From assembly GCA_021298395.1 (NCBI GenBank), contig JAJTFH010000003.1, forward strand, positions 16,138 to 80,137: DNA of 64,000 bases. Direction: 5' to 3'. The translations under genes were made by a program, and so were the position numbers. The notes under the pieces are model-generated. The model did not search any database. It worked only from the letters and a program-made list of their open reading frames with translations, and was not told where the DNA came from. Shown one piece after another: positions 9,586 to 19,189 of this stretch. Numbering within the stretch: position 1 is the first letter of the stretch; every line of letters starts with the position of its first letter. This stretch comes from Gemmatimonadota bacterium (GTDB taxonomy: Bacteria; Gemmatimonadota; Gemmatimonadetes; Gemmatimonadales; Gemmatimonadaceae).

Positions 9586-10679
9586 ACGTCCTCTTCACCG
9601 GCGGTGGGACCGGGGGGCACCTCTATCCGGCGCTCGCGATCGCCCGAGCGCTCGTCGCGATCCGTCCCGAGGTCCGCCCCTTCTTCGTCGGGGCACAGCG
9701 TGGGATCGAGCGCGATGTGCTCCCGACCACCGAGTTCCCGCATCGCCTACTCGATCTGCATCCCCTCTACCGACCGCAGCTCTGGCGGAACTGGAAGACG
9801 CTCCGTGGCGCGGTGAGCGGGTGGCGTGCGATGTCGGCGCTCGGGCGCACGTTGCGACCGGCGCTCGTGGTCGGCACCGGGGGCTATGCCGCCGGGCTCG
9901 CCTCGGCGTGGGCGTGGGCGCATCGCGTCCCGCTCGTGCAGCACATCGGCGATGCGGTGCCCGGGATCACCGCGCGCTGGACGGCGCGCTTCGCGACCGA
10001 GGCCTACCTCGGCTATCCCGAGGCCGAGCGCTGGTTACCGCGCGGGCGCTGTGTCTATCGCGATACGGGGAATCCGATCCAGCCGCCCCCCGACCTGCAT
10101 CCCGCGCCGGCGGAGGCGCGGGCGCGGTGGGGGTTCCCAGCGCACGCGACGGTGGTGCTCGTCTTCGGTGGCTCGCAGGGGGCGCGCGCGATCAACCGTG
10201 CGGTGGCGAGCTGGGTGGGGCGGGGGATCCCTGCGGGGCTCTGTGTGCTCTGGGCGACCGGGCGCGGCCAGCACGATGCCTTCGCGCATCTCGATCGCGC
10301 CGACGTGCGGGTGGTGCCGTACCTCTCGCCGATCAGCGATGCGTATGCGGCGGCCGACCTCGCGCTGGTGCGGGGCGGGATGATGGGAACGAGTGAGCTC
10401 TGCGCGTGGGGGATCCCCATGGTCATCGTCCCACTCCCGTCGGCAGCCCAGGACCATCAGACGGCGAATGCCCAGGTCCTCGAGGCGGCGGGCGCCGCAC
10501 GGCATCTCCCGGAGTCGGCGTTGAGCGCGGAGCGGATCGACGCCGAGGTGCGCGCGCTGATCACCGATCCGGTGGCGCGGCGCGCCATGGGGGAGGCGGC
10601 GCGACGGCGCGGTCGTCCCACCGCGGCGGCCGACATCGCCCGGCAGATCGCGCAGCGACTCGATCGCCGCGCCGTCTAG
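9582..10679 (+). CDS. murG: UDP-GlcNAc:lipid I N-acetylglucosaminyltransferase
   Basis: 365 aa. N-terminal G-loop FTGGGTGGHLYPALA. ATGA overlap with ftsW. Confidence 0.93.
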   Translation: MNVLFTGGGTGGHLYPALAIARALVAIRPEVRPFFVGAQRGIERDVLPTTEFPHRLLDLHPLYRPQLWRNWKTLRGAVSGWRAMSALGRTLRPALVVGTGGYAAGLASAWAWAHRVPLVQHIGDAVPGITARWTARFATEAYLGYPEAERWLPRGRCVYRDTGNPIQPPPDLHPAPAEARARWGFPAHATVVLVFGGSQGARAINRAVASWVGRGIPAGLCVLWATGRGQHDAFAHLDRADVRVVPYLSPISDAYAAADLALVRGGMMGTSELCAWGIPMVIVPLPSAAQDHQTANAQVLEAAGAARHLPESALSAERIDAEVRALITDPVARRAMGEAARRRGRPTAAADIARQIAQRLDRRAV

Positions 10680-10688
10680 ATTCCTCGC

Positions 10689-12065
10689 ATGCCACTGCTC
10701 GATCCCACCGATCCACGGCCGGTCCACTTCCAAGGGATCGGCGGCGCCGGGATGAGCGCGCTCGCCGAGCTGCTGCATCGGCGTGGCGCGCGCGTGACGG
10801 GATGCGACCGCGATCCCGCCGGGGCAGTCGACCTCATCGCGCTCGGGATCCCGGTACAGACGGGGCACGACCCCGCGCATCTCGAGGACCATCGCGCCCT
10901 CGTCGTCTCCAGTGCGATCCCCAAGGATCATCCCGAGGTCATGCGCGCCCGTACGCTCGGCCTCGAGGTGGTGCGCCGCGCCGAGGCGCTCGCCGAGGCG
11001 ACGGCGGGCGGGGTGCTGATCGGGATCGCCGGGACTCATGGCAAGAGCACGACCACGGTGATGACCACCGAGGCGCTCGCGGCGGCAGGGAAGGAACCCA
11101 CCGGTGTGGTCGGCGCGCGCGTGTCCGCGTGGGGAGGGAACCTCTCGCGTGGCGGGCACGAGCTCTTCGTGGTCGAGGCCGATGAGTACGATCGGTCGTT
11201 CCTCGCCCTCACGCCGACGGTCGCGGTGGTGACGAACGTCGAGGCCGATCATCTGGATATCTACGCCGACCTCGCCGACATCACGACGACCTTCGCGACC
11301 TATGTGCGGCGCGCGCGCTACGTGGTGCTCTGCGCCGATGACCCCGGCGCGAACGCGCTCCCCTCGCCGGCGACGGCGGAGGTGATCCGCTACGGGATCA
11401 TGAGCCCCGATGCGCGGCTCGTCGCGCGAGAGATCCGTCATCACGACGGGGGCTCGACCTTCACCGTGGTCTACGACGGCAAGCCACTGGGTGCGGTGCA
11501 CCTCGGCGTACCGGGGAGGCACAATGTGTTGAATGCGCTCGCGGCGCTCGCCTGCGGGATCGGTCCGTGGGGGCTCACCGTCGAGGCGATGGCGCCGGGG
11601 CTCGCGCGCTTCGTCGGGGCGGAGCGGCGCTTCCAGCGGAAGGGGAGCGCACGTGGCGTGACGGTGGTCGACGACTACGCGCATCATCCCACCGAGGTGG
11701 CGGCGACGCTGGCCGCGGCCCGCGAAGCGTATCCCGATCGTCGGATCGTCGTCGCCTTCCAACCGCACCTCTTCAGTCGGACGCGCGACTTCGCTGGGGA
11801 GTTCGGGGAGGCGCTCGCCGCTGCGGACGTGCTCTGTCTGGCGGAGGTCTATCCGGCGCGCGAGCAGCCGCTCCCCGGGGTGACGAGCGCGCTGATCGCC
11901 GATGCGGCGACGCGCGCCGGCCGTGCGCCGGTGTGGACCGGGCCGCGCGATGCGATGGCGGGCGCCCTCGCCGATCTCGTGCGGGAGGGAGACGTGGTCC
12001 TCACCGTCGGGGCGGGGGACGTCACCAAGACGGGGCCCGAGCTCCTCGCCCGGTTGGGCGCATGA
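10689..12065 (+). CDS. murC: UDP-N-acetylmuramate--L-alanine ligase
   Basis: 458 aa. Motifs GIGGAGMSALAELL and P-loop AGTHGKSTTT, with the dcw position expected for murC. Confidence 0.93.
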   Translation: MPLLDPTDPRPVHFQGIGGAGMSALAELLHRRGARVTGCDRDPAGAVDLIALGIPVQTGHDPAHLEDHRALVVSSAIPKDHPEVMRARTLGLEVVRRAEALAEATAGGVLIGIAGTHGKSTTTVMTTEALAAAGKEPTGVVGARVSAWGGNLSRGGHELFVVEADEYDRSFLALTPTVAVVTNVEADHLDIYADLADITTTFATYVRRARYVVLCADDPGANALPSPATAEVIRYGIMSPDARLVAREIRHHDGGSTFTVVYDGKPLGAVHLGVPGRHNVLNALAALACGIGPWGLTVEAMAPGLARFVGAERRFQRKGSARGVTVVDDYAHHPTEVAATLAAAREAYPDRRIVVAFQPHLFSRTRDFAGEFGEALAAADVLCLAEVYPAREQPLPGVTSALIADAATRAGRAPVWTGPRDAMAGALADLVREGDVVLTVGAGDVTKTGPELLARLGA

Positions 12066-12781
12066 CCGAGGAGGTCCGCTGGCGCGACCGCCTGCGGCAA
12101 CGGCTCCGCTGGGTCTGGCGTGGGACGATCGTCGTGGTCGTCGTCACGAGCCCCTGGTGGGGGCGCGAGGGGCTGCGGCGGATGGAGTTCTTCCGGGTGC
12201 GGCGCGTGGTGATCGAGGGGACCCGTTACGCGGCCCCCGATGAAATCGTTTCGAGGTTGAGGGTCGACACCACCGCCTCGATCTGGGACGGGACGTCGCC
12301 CTTGGTGGCGCGGGTCCGCGAGCATCCGCAGGTGCGCGAGGTGCGCATCCGGCGGCGGCTCCCGGGGACGCTCGTGGTGCAGGTGACGGAACGCCCGCCG
12401 GTGGCGCTGGTGAACACGCCGACCGGCTTGCGCGTCACCGATGCCGACGGCGCGACCCTCCCGGTGGACCCCACCGCCATCGATGTCGATCTCCCCGTGC
12501 TGGCGACCCGCGACACGCTCCTCTTGCGGCTGTTGAGTCAGGTGCAAGATTCGCTTCCCGCGCTCTACGCGCAGGTGAGCGATGCGCGTCGAGGGCCGGA
12601 GGGCGCGGTGGTGCTGGAGCTCGCCAGCGTCCGCCTCCTCGCTGGGGCGGATGTCTCATCGGGGCGTCTCGCCGAGGCGCTCGCCGTGCAGCAGGACCTC
12701 GTCACCCGTGGACGGACGGCGGTGGAGCTCGATCTCCGCTTTCGCGACCAGGTGGTGGCCCGACTCTCGACCACGCCATGA
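12062..12781 (+). CDS. ftsQ: Cell division protein FtsQ (TM anchor plus POTRA)
   Basis: Start taken at ATG 12062 (ATGA overlap with the murC stop), inside ORF 11567..12781. It has a TM segment IVVVVVTSPWW and a POTRA-like FFRVRRVVIEGTRYAAPDEI...LPGTLVVQVTERPPVALV. It sits immediately upstream of ftsA. Confidence 0.8.
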   Translation: MTEEVRWRDRLRQRLRWVWRGTIVVVVVTSPWWGREGLRRMEFFRVRRVVIEGTRYAAPDEIVSRLRVDTTASIWDGTSPLVARVREHPQVREVRIRRRLPGTLVVQVTERPPVALVNTPTGLRVTDADGATLPVDPTAIDVDLPVLATRDTLLLRLLSQVQDSLPALYAQVSDARRGPEGAVVLELASVRLLAGADVSSGRLAEALAVQQDLVTRGRTAVELDLRFRDQVVARLSTTP

Positions 12782-14043
12782 ACCCTGATCGTCTCGTCGC
12801 TGGCCTCGACATCGGATCCGCCAAGACCACCGCGGTGATCGCAGAGGTCGTGGGGGACCTGCCCAAGCATCCCACGGTGAACATCCTCGGGGTGGGGCAG
12901 TCGCGTACGACGGGACTCCGCAAAGGCGTGGTCGCGGATATCGAGGAGACGCAGCGCTCGATCGCCAAGGCGCTGCAGGACGCCGAGCGGATGGCGGGGG
13001 CGAAGGTCGAGACCGTCTACGCGGGGATCGCCGGCGAGCACATGCAGGCGATGACCTCCACCGGGATCGCCTCGATCACCGGGGCGGAGATCACCAAGGC
13101 CGACGTCGACCGCGCGAACGCGGTGGCGCGCGCCCAGAGCATCCCGCAGGACCGCGAGCTCATCCATGCGATCCCGCAGGAATACACCGTCGACAAGAGC
13201 TTCGGGATCCGCGATCCGATCGGGATGATCGGGACGCGGCTCGAGACCGAGATGTACCTCGTCACCATCGGCGCCTCGCCGGCGATGAACCTGCGCAAGG
13301 CGGTGGAGCGCGCGGGGTATCGCGTGGGGGAGCTCGTCCTCGAGCCCCTCGCGAGTGCCCTCGCGGTGCTGACGGACGACGAGAAGGAGCTGGGCGTCGC
13401 GCTGATCGAACTCGGCGCTGGCACCACCGATGTGGCGGTGTTCCACGAAGGGAAGATCCGGCATCTCGGGACGATCCCCTACGGCGGCATGAACGTCACG
13501 AGCGATATCGTGCACGGGCTCGGCGTCACGCAGGCTGACGCGGAGCAGCTGAAGGTGACCTATGGCGCGGCGTTCGAGCCGCTGGTGCCGCACGACGAGC
13601 GGTTGCGCCTGCCGAGCACCGGCGCGCAGGGGGAGCGTGAGATCCCGCGCTCGTTGCTGGCCCACATCATCCATCAGCGCACGCAGGAGATCTTCGAGCT
13701 GGTGCTGCGTGAGGTCCAAGGGGCGGGGCTGATCCCCAAGCTCGCGGCCGGCGTGGTGGTGACGGGCGGGGCCGGGGCACAGCCGGGGACGGCGGATCTC
13801 GCGAGCGACGTGTTCGGGACCGGCGCCCGGCTCGGTGTCCCGGGTGAATCGCTCGGCGGCCTCGCCGACGCCGTACAGACCCCGCGCTTCGCGACGGTGA
13901 CGGGACTCGTCCAGTACGGCGCACATCGCGTCGCGATGGGAGCGAGCGCGCCCAAGGGCGGACGCCGCCTCGGGTTGCCGGCGACCCCCTCGATGGACCA
14001 GTTCGCAGGGAAGGTCAAGACCTGGCTGCAGGACTTCTTCTAG
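12778..14043 (+). CDS. ftsA: Cell division protein FtsA (actin-like ATPase)
   Basis: 421 aa. Actin-fold phosphate loops GLDIGSAKT and [14 protein letters not shown]. It sits between ftsQ and ftsZ. Confidence 0.95.
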   Translation: MNPDRLVAGLDIGSAKTTAVIAEVVGDLPKHPTVNILGVGQSRTTGLRKGVVADIEETQRSIAKALQDAERMAGAKVETVYAGIAGEHMQAMTSTGIASITGAEITKADVDRANAVARAQSIPQDRELIHAIPQEYTVDKSFGIRDPIGMIGTRLETEMYLVTIGASPAMNLRKAVERAGYRVGELVLEPLASALAVLTDDEKELGVALIELGAGTTDVAVFHEGKIRHLGTIPYGGMNVTSDIVHGLGVTQADAEQLKVTYGAAFEPLVPHDERLRLPSTGAQGEREIPRSLLAHIIHQRTQEIFELVLREVQGAGLIPKLAAGVVVTGGAGAQPGTADLASDVFGTGARLGVPGESLGGLADAVQTPRFATVTGLVQYGAHRVAMGASAPKGGRRLGLPATPSMDQFAGKVKTWLQDFF

Positions 14044-14089
14044 TCCGTTTCCAACACGGGGGGTCGGTCGTCTTCCGGATAGGATCGGA

Positions 14090-14117
14090 GACGGCGGTCG
14101 TGGTATATTCCGCCGTC
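14090..14117 (+). promoter_or_regulatory. GC-rich hairpin in the ftsA-ftsZ spacer with TATATT in the loop
   Basis: GACGGCGG (14090-14097) pairs perfectly with CCGCCGTC (14110-14117). The 12-nt loop tcgtggtatatt contains a -10-like TATATT about 50 nt upstream of the ftsZ ATG. Function is not established. Confidence 0.3.
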
Positions 14118-14161
14118 GTCGCCGCAGTCCCCACGTCCCCTCCGATGGAGTCCGCCGCGCC

Positions 14162-15340
14162 ATGAACATCTTCGAGCTCGAGGATCACGCCGCACAGAAC
14201 GCCCGCATGAAGGTGGTGGGCGTCGGCGGCGGTGGCGGCAATGCGGTGAACCGCATGATCGAGGAGCAGCTCGACGGCGTCGAGTTCATCTCGGTCAACA
14301 CCGATGCGCAGGCCCTGATCAACTCCAAGTCGGATGTGAAGGTCCAGATCGGCAAGAAGCTGACGCGCGGCCTCGGGGCCGGCGCGCGGCCGGAGATCGG
14401 TCGGCAGGCGATCGAGGAGAATCGGGACGAGGTTGTACGCGCCCTCGCGGGGTCGGACCTCGTCTTCGTGACCTGCGGGATGGGCGGTGGGACCGGCACC
14501 GGGGCCGCGCCGATCATCTGCGAGATCGCCAAGGAGGCGGGCGCCCTCACCGTCGGTATCGTGACCAAGCCCTTCCTCTTCGAAGGGCGCAAGCGGATGC
14601 GCCAGGCGGACGAGGGGATCGCCGAGATGGCGAAGCATGTCGACACGCTGATCGTCGTCCCGAACGAGCGGCTCCTGGCCGTCGTGGGGAAGGGGATCCC
14701 GTTCCAGGATGCGCTCAAGAAGGCTGATGAGGTGCTCTTGCAGGCGACCGGCGGCATCTCGAGCATCATCACCAAGGCGGGGGTGGTGAACGTCGACTTC
14801 GCCGACGTGCGCACGGTCATGAAGGATGGTGGCTCGGCGATCATGGGCACGGGAATCGGGCGCGGGGAGAACCGCGCGGTCGATGCCGCGCGCATGGCGA
14901 TCGATTCGCCGCTCCTCGACAACGTCTCGATCATCGGGGCCCGCGGCGTGCTGATCAACATCACCGGCGGGATGGAGCTCACGTTGGGTGAGGTCACCAC
15001 GATCTCGGACATCGTGAAGGAGGCGGTGGGCGAGGAGACCGAGATCATCTTCGGCGCCGTCTACGAGCCGGCGATGCAGGGCGAGGTGCGCGTGACGGTG
15101 ATCGCCACCGGGTTCGAGCGGAAGGTGACGGGGGCGGCCCTCATCGGCCGCGCCGCGTCGACCCCGGTCATCCCGATCGATCCGGCGATCCGGGCCGCGC
15201 GTCAGGCGCCGGCGCCCGCCGCCGCGCCGCTCGCGACCGGCAACGCCATGCCCGCCGCGCGCCCTCGACCGACCGCCCTCCCGATCGAGGACCTCGGGGA
15301 CATGGAGATCCCGACGTTCATTCGGAGGCAGATGGATTGA
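14162..15340 (+). CDS. ftsZ: Cell division GTPase FtsZ
   Basis: 392 aa. It has the tubulin signature [10 protein letters not shown], a flexible Ala/Pro linker and the conserved C-terminal peptide [11 protein letters not shown]. Confidence 0.97.
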   Translation: MNIFELEDHAAQNARMKVVGVGGGGGNAVNRMIEEQLDGVEFISVNTDAQALINSKSDVKVQIGKKLTRGLGAGARPEIGRQAIEENRDEVVRALAGSDLVFVTCGMGGGTGTGAAPIICEIAKEAGALTVGIVTKPFLFEGRKRMRQADEGIAEMAKHVDTLIVVPNERLLAVVGKGIPFQDALKKADEVLLQATGGISSIITKAGVVNVDFADVRTVMKDGGSAIMGTGIGRGENRAVDAARMAIDSPLLDNVSIIGARGVLINITGGMELTLGEVTTISDIVKEAVGEETEIIFGAVYEPAMQGEVRVTVIATGFERKVTGAALIGRAASTPVIPIDPAIRAARQAPAPAAAPLATGNAMPAARPRPTALPIEDLGDMEIPTFIRRQMD

Positions 15341-16587
15341 CGCCCCGGGCGGGGCGTCTCCTCATCGGTGCGGTGGTCGCGGCGCTCGCGATCGCCGCAC
15401 TTCGTTTGCCAGCCCCTCGCGTCGGTCGGCCGGGGGAGCTCCTCGACCCCACCGTCGTCCGTCGCTGGTCCCGCGCCGACACCCTCGGCCGAGGCGAGAC
15501 CCTGACCGCCCTCCTCCAGCGCCGCGGGTTCGACCCGCTCGAGGCGGCGAACATCCTCGAGGCCACGCCCCTCGATTCGCGGCGCCTCCGCGCGGGGATG
15601 ACGATCGAGGTGCGTGGCGATTCGGCCGGCTCCCCGGGGAACGAGGTTCGCTTCTTCCTCGGCGTCGACCGGATCATCGTGGCGCGACGCGACGAGGGTG
15701 GTGAGTGGCGCGCCACCGACGAGCGCCTCCCGTGGACGACTGACACCGTGCTGATCCGCGGGACGGTACAGAGCACCCTCTACGCCGCGATCGATGCGGG
15801 GGCCGCCGACTGGCTCTCGGGGAGCGCGCGCCAAGAGCTCGCCTGGACCGTCGCCGACATCTACGAGTATCGCGTCGATATGTCGCGCGACCTGCAGCAG
15901 GGCGATCGCCTCCGGGTCGTGGTGGAGCGCGAGTCGTTGCAGACGGGAGCCTCCCGCATCGGCCGGGTGTTGGCGGCGGGGCTCGAGCGGGGCGGCACGG
16001 AGGTCCAGGCGATCCGCCTCGAGGGCGCGTCGGGCCGGAGCCGCTACTACGATCAGGACGGGCGATCGCTCGCGGCGACCTTCCTCCGTGCGCCGCTCTC
16101 CTTTCGTCGCATGTCGAGTGGATTCGGGGGCCGTCGACACCCGGTCCTCGGCACCTGGCGCGCGCATAAGGGCCTCGATTATTCCGCCGCCTCTGGCACC
16201 CCCGTCCGCACGATCGGTGATGGCACCGTCACCTTCGCCGGCCGCCGCGGGGGCTATGGCAACGTCGTCGAGGTGCGCCACATCAATGGCTTCGTGACGC
16301 GCTATGCCCATCTGCGCGGGTTCGGGCCGGCGATCCGGTCGGGCGCCCGCGTCTCGATCGGGCAGACCATCGGCTATGTGGGATCGACGGGGCTCTCGAC
16401 GGGGCCGCATCTGCATTTCGAGGTCCTGGTGCGCGGGGCGCATCGCGATCCGCGCACGGCGCTGCAGTCGGCGGCGGGGCCCACGCTGAGTGGCGCCGAC
16501 CGCGACCGCTTCGGGTCGGTCCGCCGCCTGGCACAGCAGGCGCTCGAGGGGCCCACCGGGCTCGTGCGCGCCGCCGTGACCAACTAG
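15337..16587 (+). CDS. M23-family (LytM-type) zinc metallopeptidase with N-terminal anchor
   Basis: 416 aa. M23 motifs are HKGLD (HxxxD) and GPHLHFEV (HxH). It has an N-terminal hydrophobic anchor [15 protein letters not shown]. The start is uncertain; TTG 15337 overlaps the ftsZ stop. Confidence 0.85.
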   Translation: MTPRAGRLLIGAVVAALAIAALRLPAPRVGRPGELLDPTVVRRWSRADTLGRGETLTALLQRRGFDPLEAANILEATPLDSRRLRAGMTIEVRGDSAGSPGNEVRFFLGVDRIIVARRDEGGEWRATDERLPWTTDTVLIRGTVQSTLYAAIDAGAADWLSGSARQELAWTVADIYEYRVDMSRDLQQGDRLRVVVERESLQTGASRIGRVLAAGLERGGTEVQAIRLEGASGRSRYYDQDGRSLAATFLRAPLSFRRMSSGFGGRRHPVLGTWRAHKGLDYSAASGTPVRTIGDGTVTFAGRRGGYGNVVEVRHINGFVTRYAHLRGFGPAIRSGARVSIGQTIGYVGSTGLSTGPHLHFEVLVRGAHRDPRTALQSAAGPTLSGADRDRFGSVRRLAQQALEGPTGLVRAAVTN

Positions 16588-16618
16588 GCCCATTCCCTAC
16601 GGCTGAGGCATCGTACCG

Positions 16619-18241
16619 ATGATGACGTGGGGGCTCGCGGCGCTCCTGGGCGTGGGGCTGACGGTACTGCTCTATCGGGGTGAGGTGCCCCGAGGCGCGA
16701 TCGTGCTCCCGCTTCTGCGCTGGGTCGCCGTCACCGTCGTGGTGGCCGCACTGCTCGACGCGCCACTTCGTCGCGCGGTAGCGCCCCGACCGGTGGTCGC
16801 GCTCGACGTCTCGGTCAGTTGGCTCGCCGACGATGATGACGCCGCCTGGCGCGCTGCGCGCGCTGTCGTCGATTCCCTCCTCGATGGCCACGCCGATGCG
16901 CTGCGCCTCTTCGGGGATTCGCTGCGCACCGCGCCGATCCCCGATCGGCCGACCGATGTGGGGTCGCGGATCCGACCGGTGGTGGAGTGGGCGCTGGCCA
17001 CGGGGCGTCCGGTCCAGGTCGTGACCGATGGCCGACTCGACGATCCGGAGTGGGTGGCGCGACTCCCCGTGGGCTCCACGGTGCATCGCATCGATCGTCC
17101 CGCGCGCGCCGCGGCGGTCCTCACCGCGCTCGATGCACCGACGGCGGCGCCGGCCGGCGACACGATCCTCGCCGAGGTGACGGTCACCGCCGATGCGGCG
17201 GGTGCGCCCCCGCGACAGCTCACCCTGGGGCGTGATGCGCAGGTGATCGCGCGTCGCGACCTCGAGGCATTGGGGCCATACGAGACGCGGGTGGTCTCGG
17301 TGCCGGTCCCCCTCGGTGCCGTGGAGGGAGCGGTGCGACTCACCGCGCGCCTCCTCGACGGGACGAACGTCACCGATTCGATCACGGTCCCGATGCGCAT
17401 CACGGGGGGCGCCGCCGCGGTCGTGATCTCGACCGCGCCTGATCAGGATGCGCGCTACGCGGTCGCGGCCCTGCGTGCGGTGCGCCGAGGGCCGGTGCGC
17501 GCCTACTGGCAGGTGGCGAAAGGGGTCTGGCGGGTCGATGGCACCCTCGCGCCGGTGGAGGAGGGCGTGGTTCGACGCGAGGCAGGGGAGGCCTCGCTCC
17601 TCCTGCTCCACGGCGACACCGCCTTCCTCGGTGCGCCCGGCGCGCTGCGTACCGCCGGCCTCATCCTGATGAGCCCGCCGCCGCCGGGGGACGAGTTCTA
17701 TCCGGTGGCGCCATCGTCGCCCTCCCCGCTCTCGGACGCGCTGAGCGGGCTTCCGTGGGACTCGCTCCCCCCACTCGATGTGGCCTTGACGCGGGCCAGC
17801 GCCGATGAGGTGACGGTGGTGGAGACCCGGCGTGGGCGGCGGTTCGAATCGCGTGTAGCGATTCGCGCACAGGAGCGCGACGCGATCGGACAACGGGTGG
17901 TGCGTATCCCGGCGGCCGGGTTCTGGCGGTGGAGGTCCCGCGGTGGGCGCAGTGCGGCCTCGTACGACGCGCTCGTCGGGGCGCTCGTCGATTGGGCCGG
18001 TGCGACACCAGGGGAGGCAGCCGATTCGATCGGCACGACCGACGCGGCGGTGTGGGCGCGTGAGGTGGCGCGTCGAGCGGAGCAGCGCCCTCGGGCGCCG
18101 ACCGTGGCGAGTGGCCCGGTGGGCACGGGCGAGGTGATGGGCCGATCGCTCGGGGCTCGCGGACGCTGGTGGCTCGTCGCGCTCGCCCTCGCGGCGCTCT
18201 CGCTCGAGTGGATGCTCCGGCGTCGACGCGGGCTCCGCTGA
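16619..18241 (+). CDS. Hypothetical membrane protein with TM helices at both ends and a degenerate vWA-like N-terminal module
   Basis: 540 aa. The N-terminal hydrophobic region is WGLAALLGVGLTVLL...LRWVAVTVVVAALL and the C-terminal TM is WWLVALALAALSL. DVSVS (DxSxS-like) and VVTDGR resemble vWA MIDAS elements, but their spacing is shorter than in canonical vWA. I recognise no family. Confidence 0.55.
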   Translation: MMTWGLAALLGVGLTVLLYRGEVPRGAIVLPLLRWVAVTVVVAALLDAPLRRAVAPRPVVALDVSVSWLADDDDAAWRAARAVVDSLLDGHADALRLFGDSLRTAPIPDRPTDVGSRIRPVVEWALATGRPVQVVTDGRLDDPEWVARLPVGSTVHRIDRPARAAAVLTALDAPTAAPAGDTILAEVTVTADAAGAPPRQLTLGRDAQVIARRDLEALGPYETRVVSVPVPLGAVEGAVRLTARLLDGTNVTDSITVPMRITGGAAAVVISTAPDQDARYAVAALRAVRRGPVRAYWQVAKGVWRVDGTLAPVEEGVVRREAGEASLLLLHGDTAFLGAPGALRTAGLILMSPPPPGDEFYPVAPSSPSPLSDALSGLPWDSLPPLDVALTRASADEVTVVETRRGRRFESRVAIRAQERDAIGQRVVRIPAAGFWRWRSRGGRSAASYDALVGALVDWAGATPGEAADSIGTTDAAVWAREVARRAEQRPRAPTVASGPVGTGEVMGRSLGARGRWWLVALALAALSLEWMLRRRRGLR

Positions 18242-18256
18242 CGCTACGTTTCACCT

Positions 18257-19189
18257 ATGGCGTTCCTTTCGAAGCAGGCCGGCGACCTCCCGCAGAAGTC
18301 CCTCTGGCAGCGCCTCAAGGCGATCGCGCTCACCGACGTGGTGGTACTCGCCCGAGGGGGCGTCGACGAGGGCTCCCTCGAGCGGGTGGAGCAGATGCTC
18401 CTCGAGGCCGACTTCGGTGTCCCGGTGACGCTTCGCCTGGTGGAGGCGATCCGAGAGCAGGCGGGCCGCGGGAAGATCAGGAGCGCGGACGAGTTCCTCG
18501 CCGCGCTCCGCGTGGAGATCGAGGGGGCGCTCCGTGCCGGCCGCCACGATCCCGCCCTGCAGCTGCCGATCGAACGCCCCGCCGTGATCCTCGTCCTCGG
18601 CGTGAATGGGGCGGGGAAGACGACCTTCATCGGGAAGCTCGCCTCGCGCCTCCGCGCCGAGGGGAAGCGCGTCCTGCTCGGCGCGGGCGACACCTTCCGC
18701 GCCGGCGCGATCGATCAGCTCAAGGTCTGGGCCGACCGGACCGGGGCCGAGTTCGTCGGGGGGGCGCCCGGTGGGGATCCCGCGGCGGTGGCGTTCCAGT
18801 CGATCGATGCCGGCGTCGCGCGCGGGGTGGATGTCGTGATCATCGACACCGCGGGGCGGCTGCATACGAGCGGTGCGCTTATGGACGAGCTCAAGAAGGT
18901 GCAGCGGGTGGTCGAGAAGCGGCTCCCTGGTGCCCCGCACGAGGCGCTCCTCGTCCTTGATGGCACCGTGGGGCAGAACGCGGTGCAGCAGGCCAAGATC
19001 TTCTCCGCCGCGGTCCCCGTCACCGGACTCGTGGTGACCAAGCTCGATGGCACGGCGCGCGGTGGGGTGGTGGTCGCGGTGCATGAGGCGATCGATGTCC
19101 CGGTGAAGTTCCTGGGGACGGGGGAGCAGGCCGCCGACCTGCAGCCCTTCGACGCCGCGACCTTCGCACGCGAGCTCCTCGAGGCGTGA
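18257..19189 (+). CDS. ftsY: Signal recognition particle receptor FtsY (NG domain only)
   Basis: 310 aa. SRP GTPase motifs GVNGAGKTT, DTAGRLH and TKLDGTARGG. Confidence 0.93.
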   Translation: MAFLSKQAGDLPQKSLWQRLKAIALTDVVVLARGGVDEGSLERVEQMLLEADFGVPVTLRLVEAIREQAGRGKIRSADEFLAALRVEIEGALRAGRHDPALQLPIERPAVILVLGVNGAGKTTFIGKLASRLRAEGKRVLLGAGDTFRAGAIDQLKVWADRTGAEFVGGAPGGDPAAVAFQSIDAGVARGVDVVIIDTAGRLHTSGALMDELKKVQRVVEKRLPGAPHEALLVLDGTVGQNAVQQAKIFSAAVPVTGLVVTKLDGTARGGVVVAVHEAIDVPVKFLGTGEQAADLQPFDAATFARELLEA

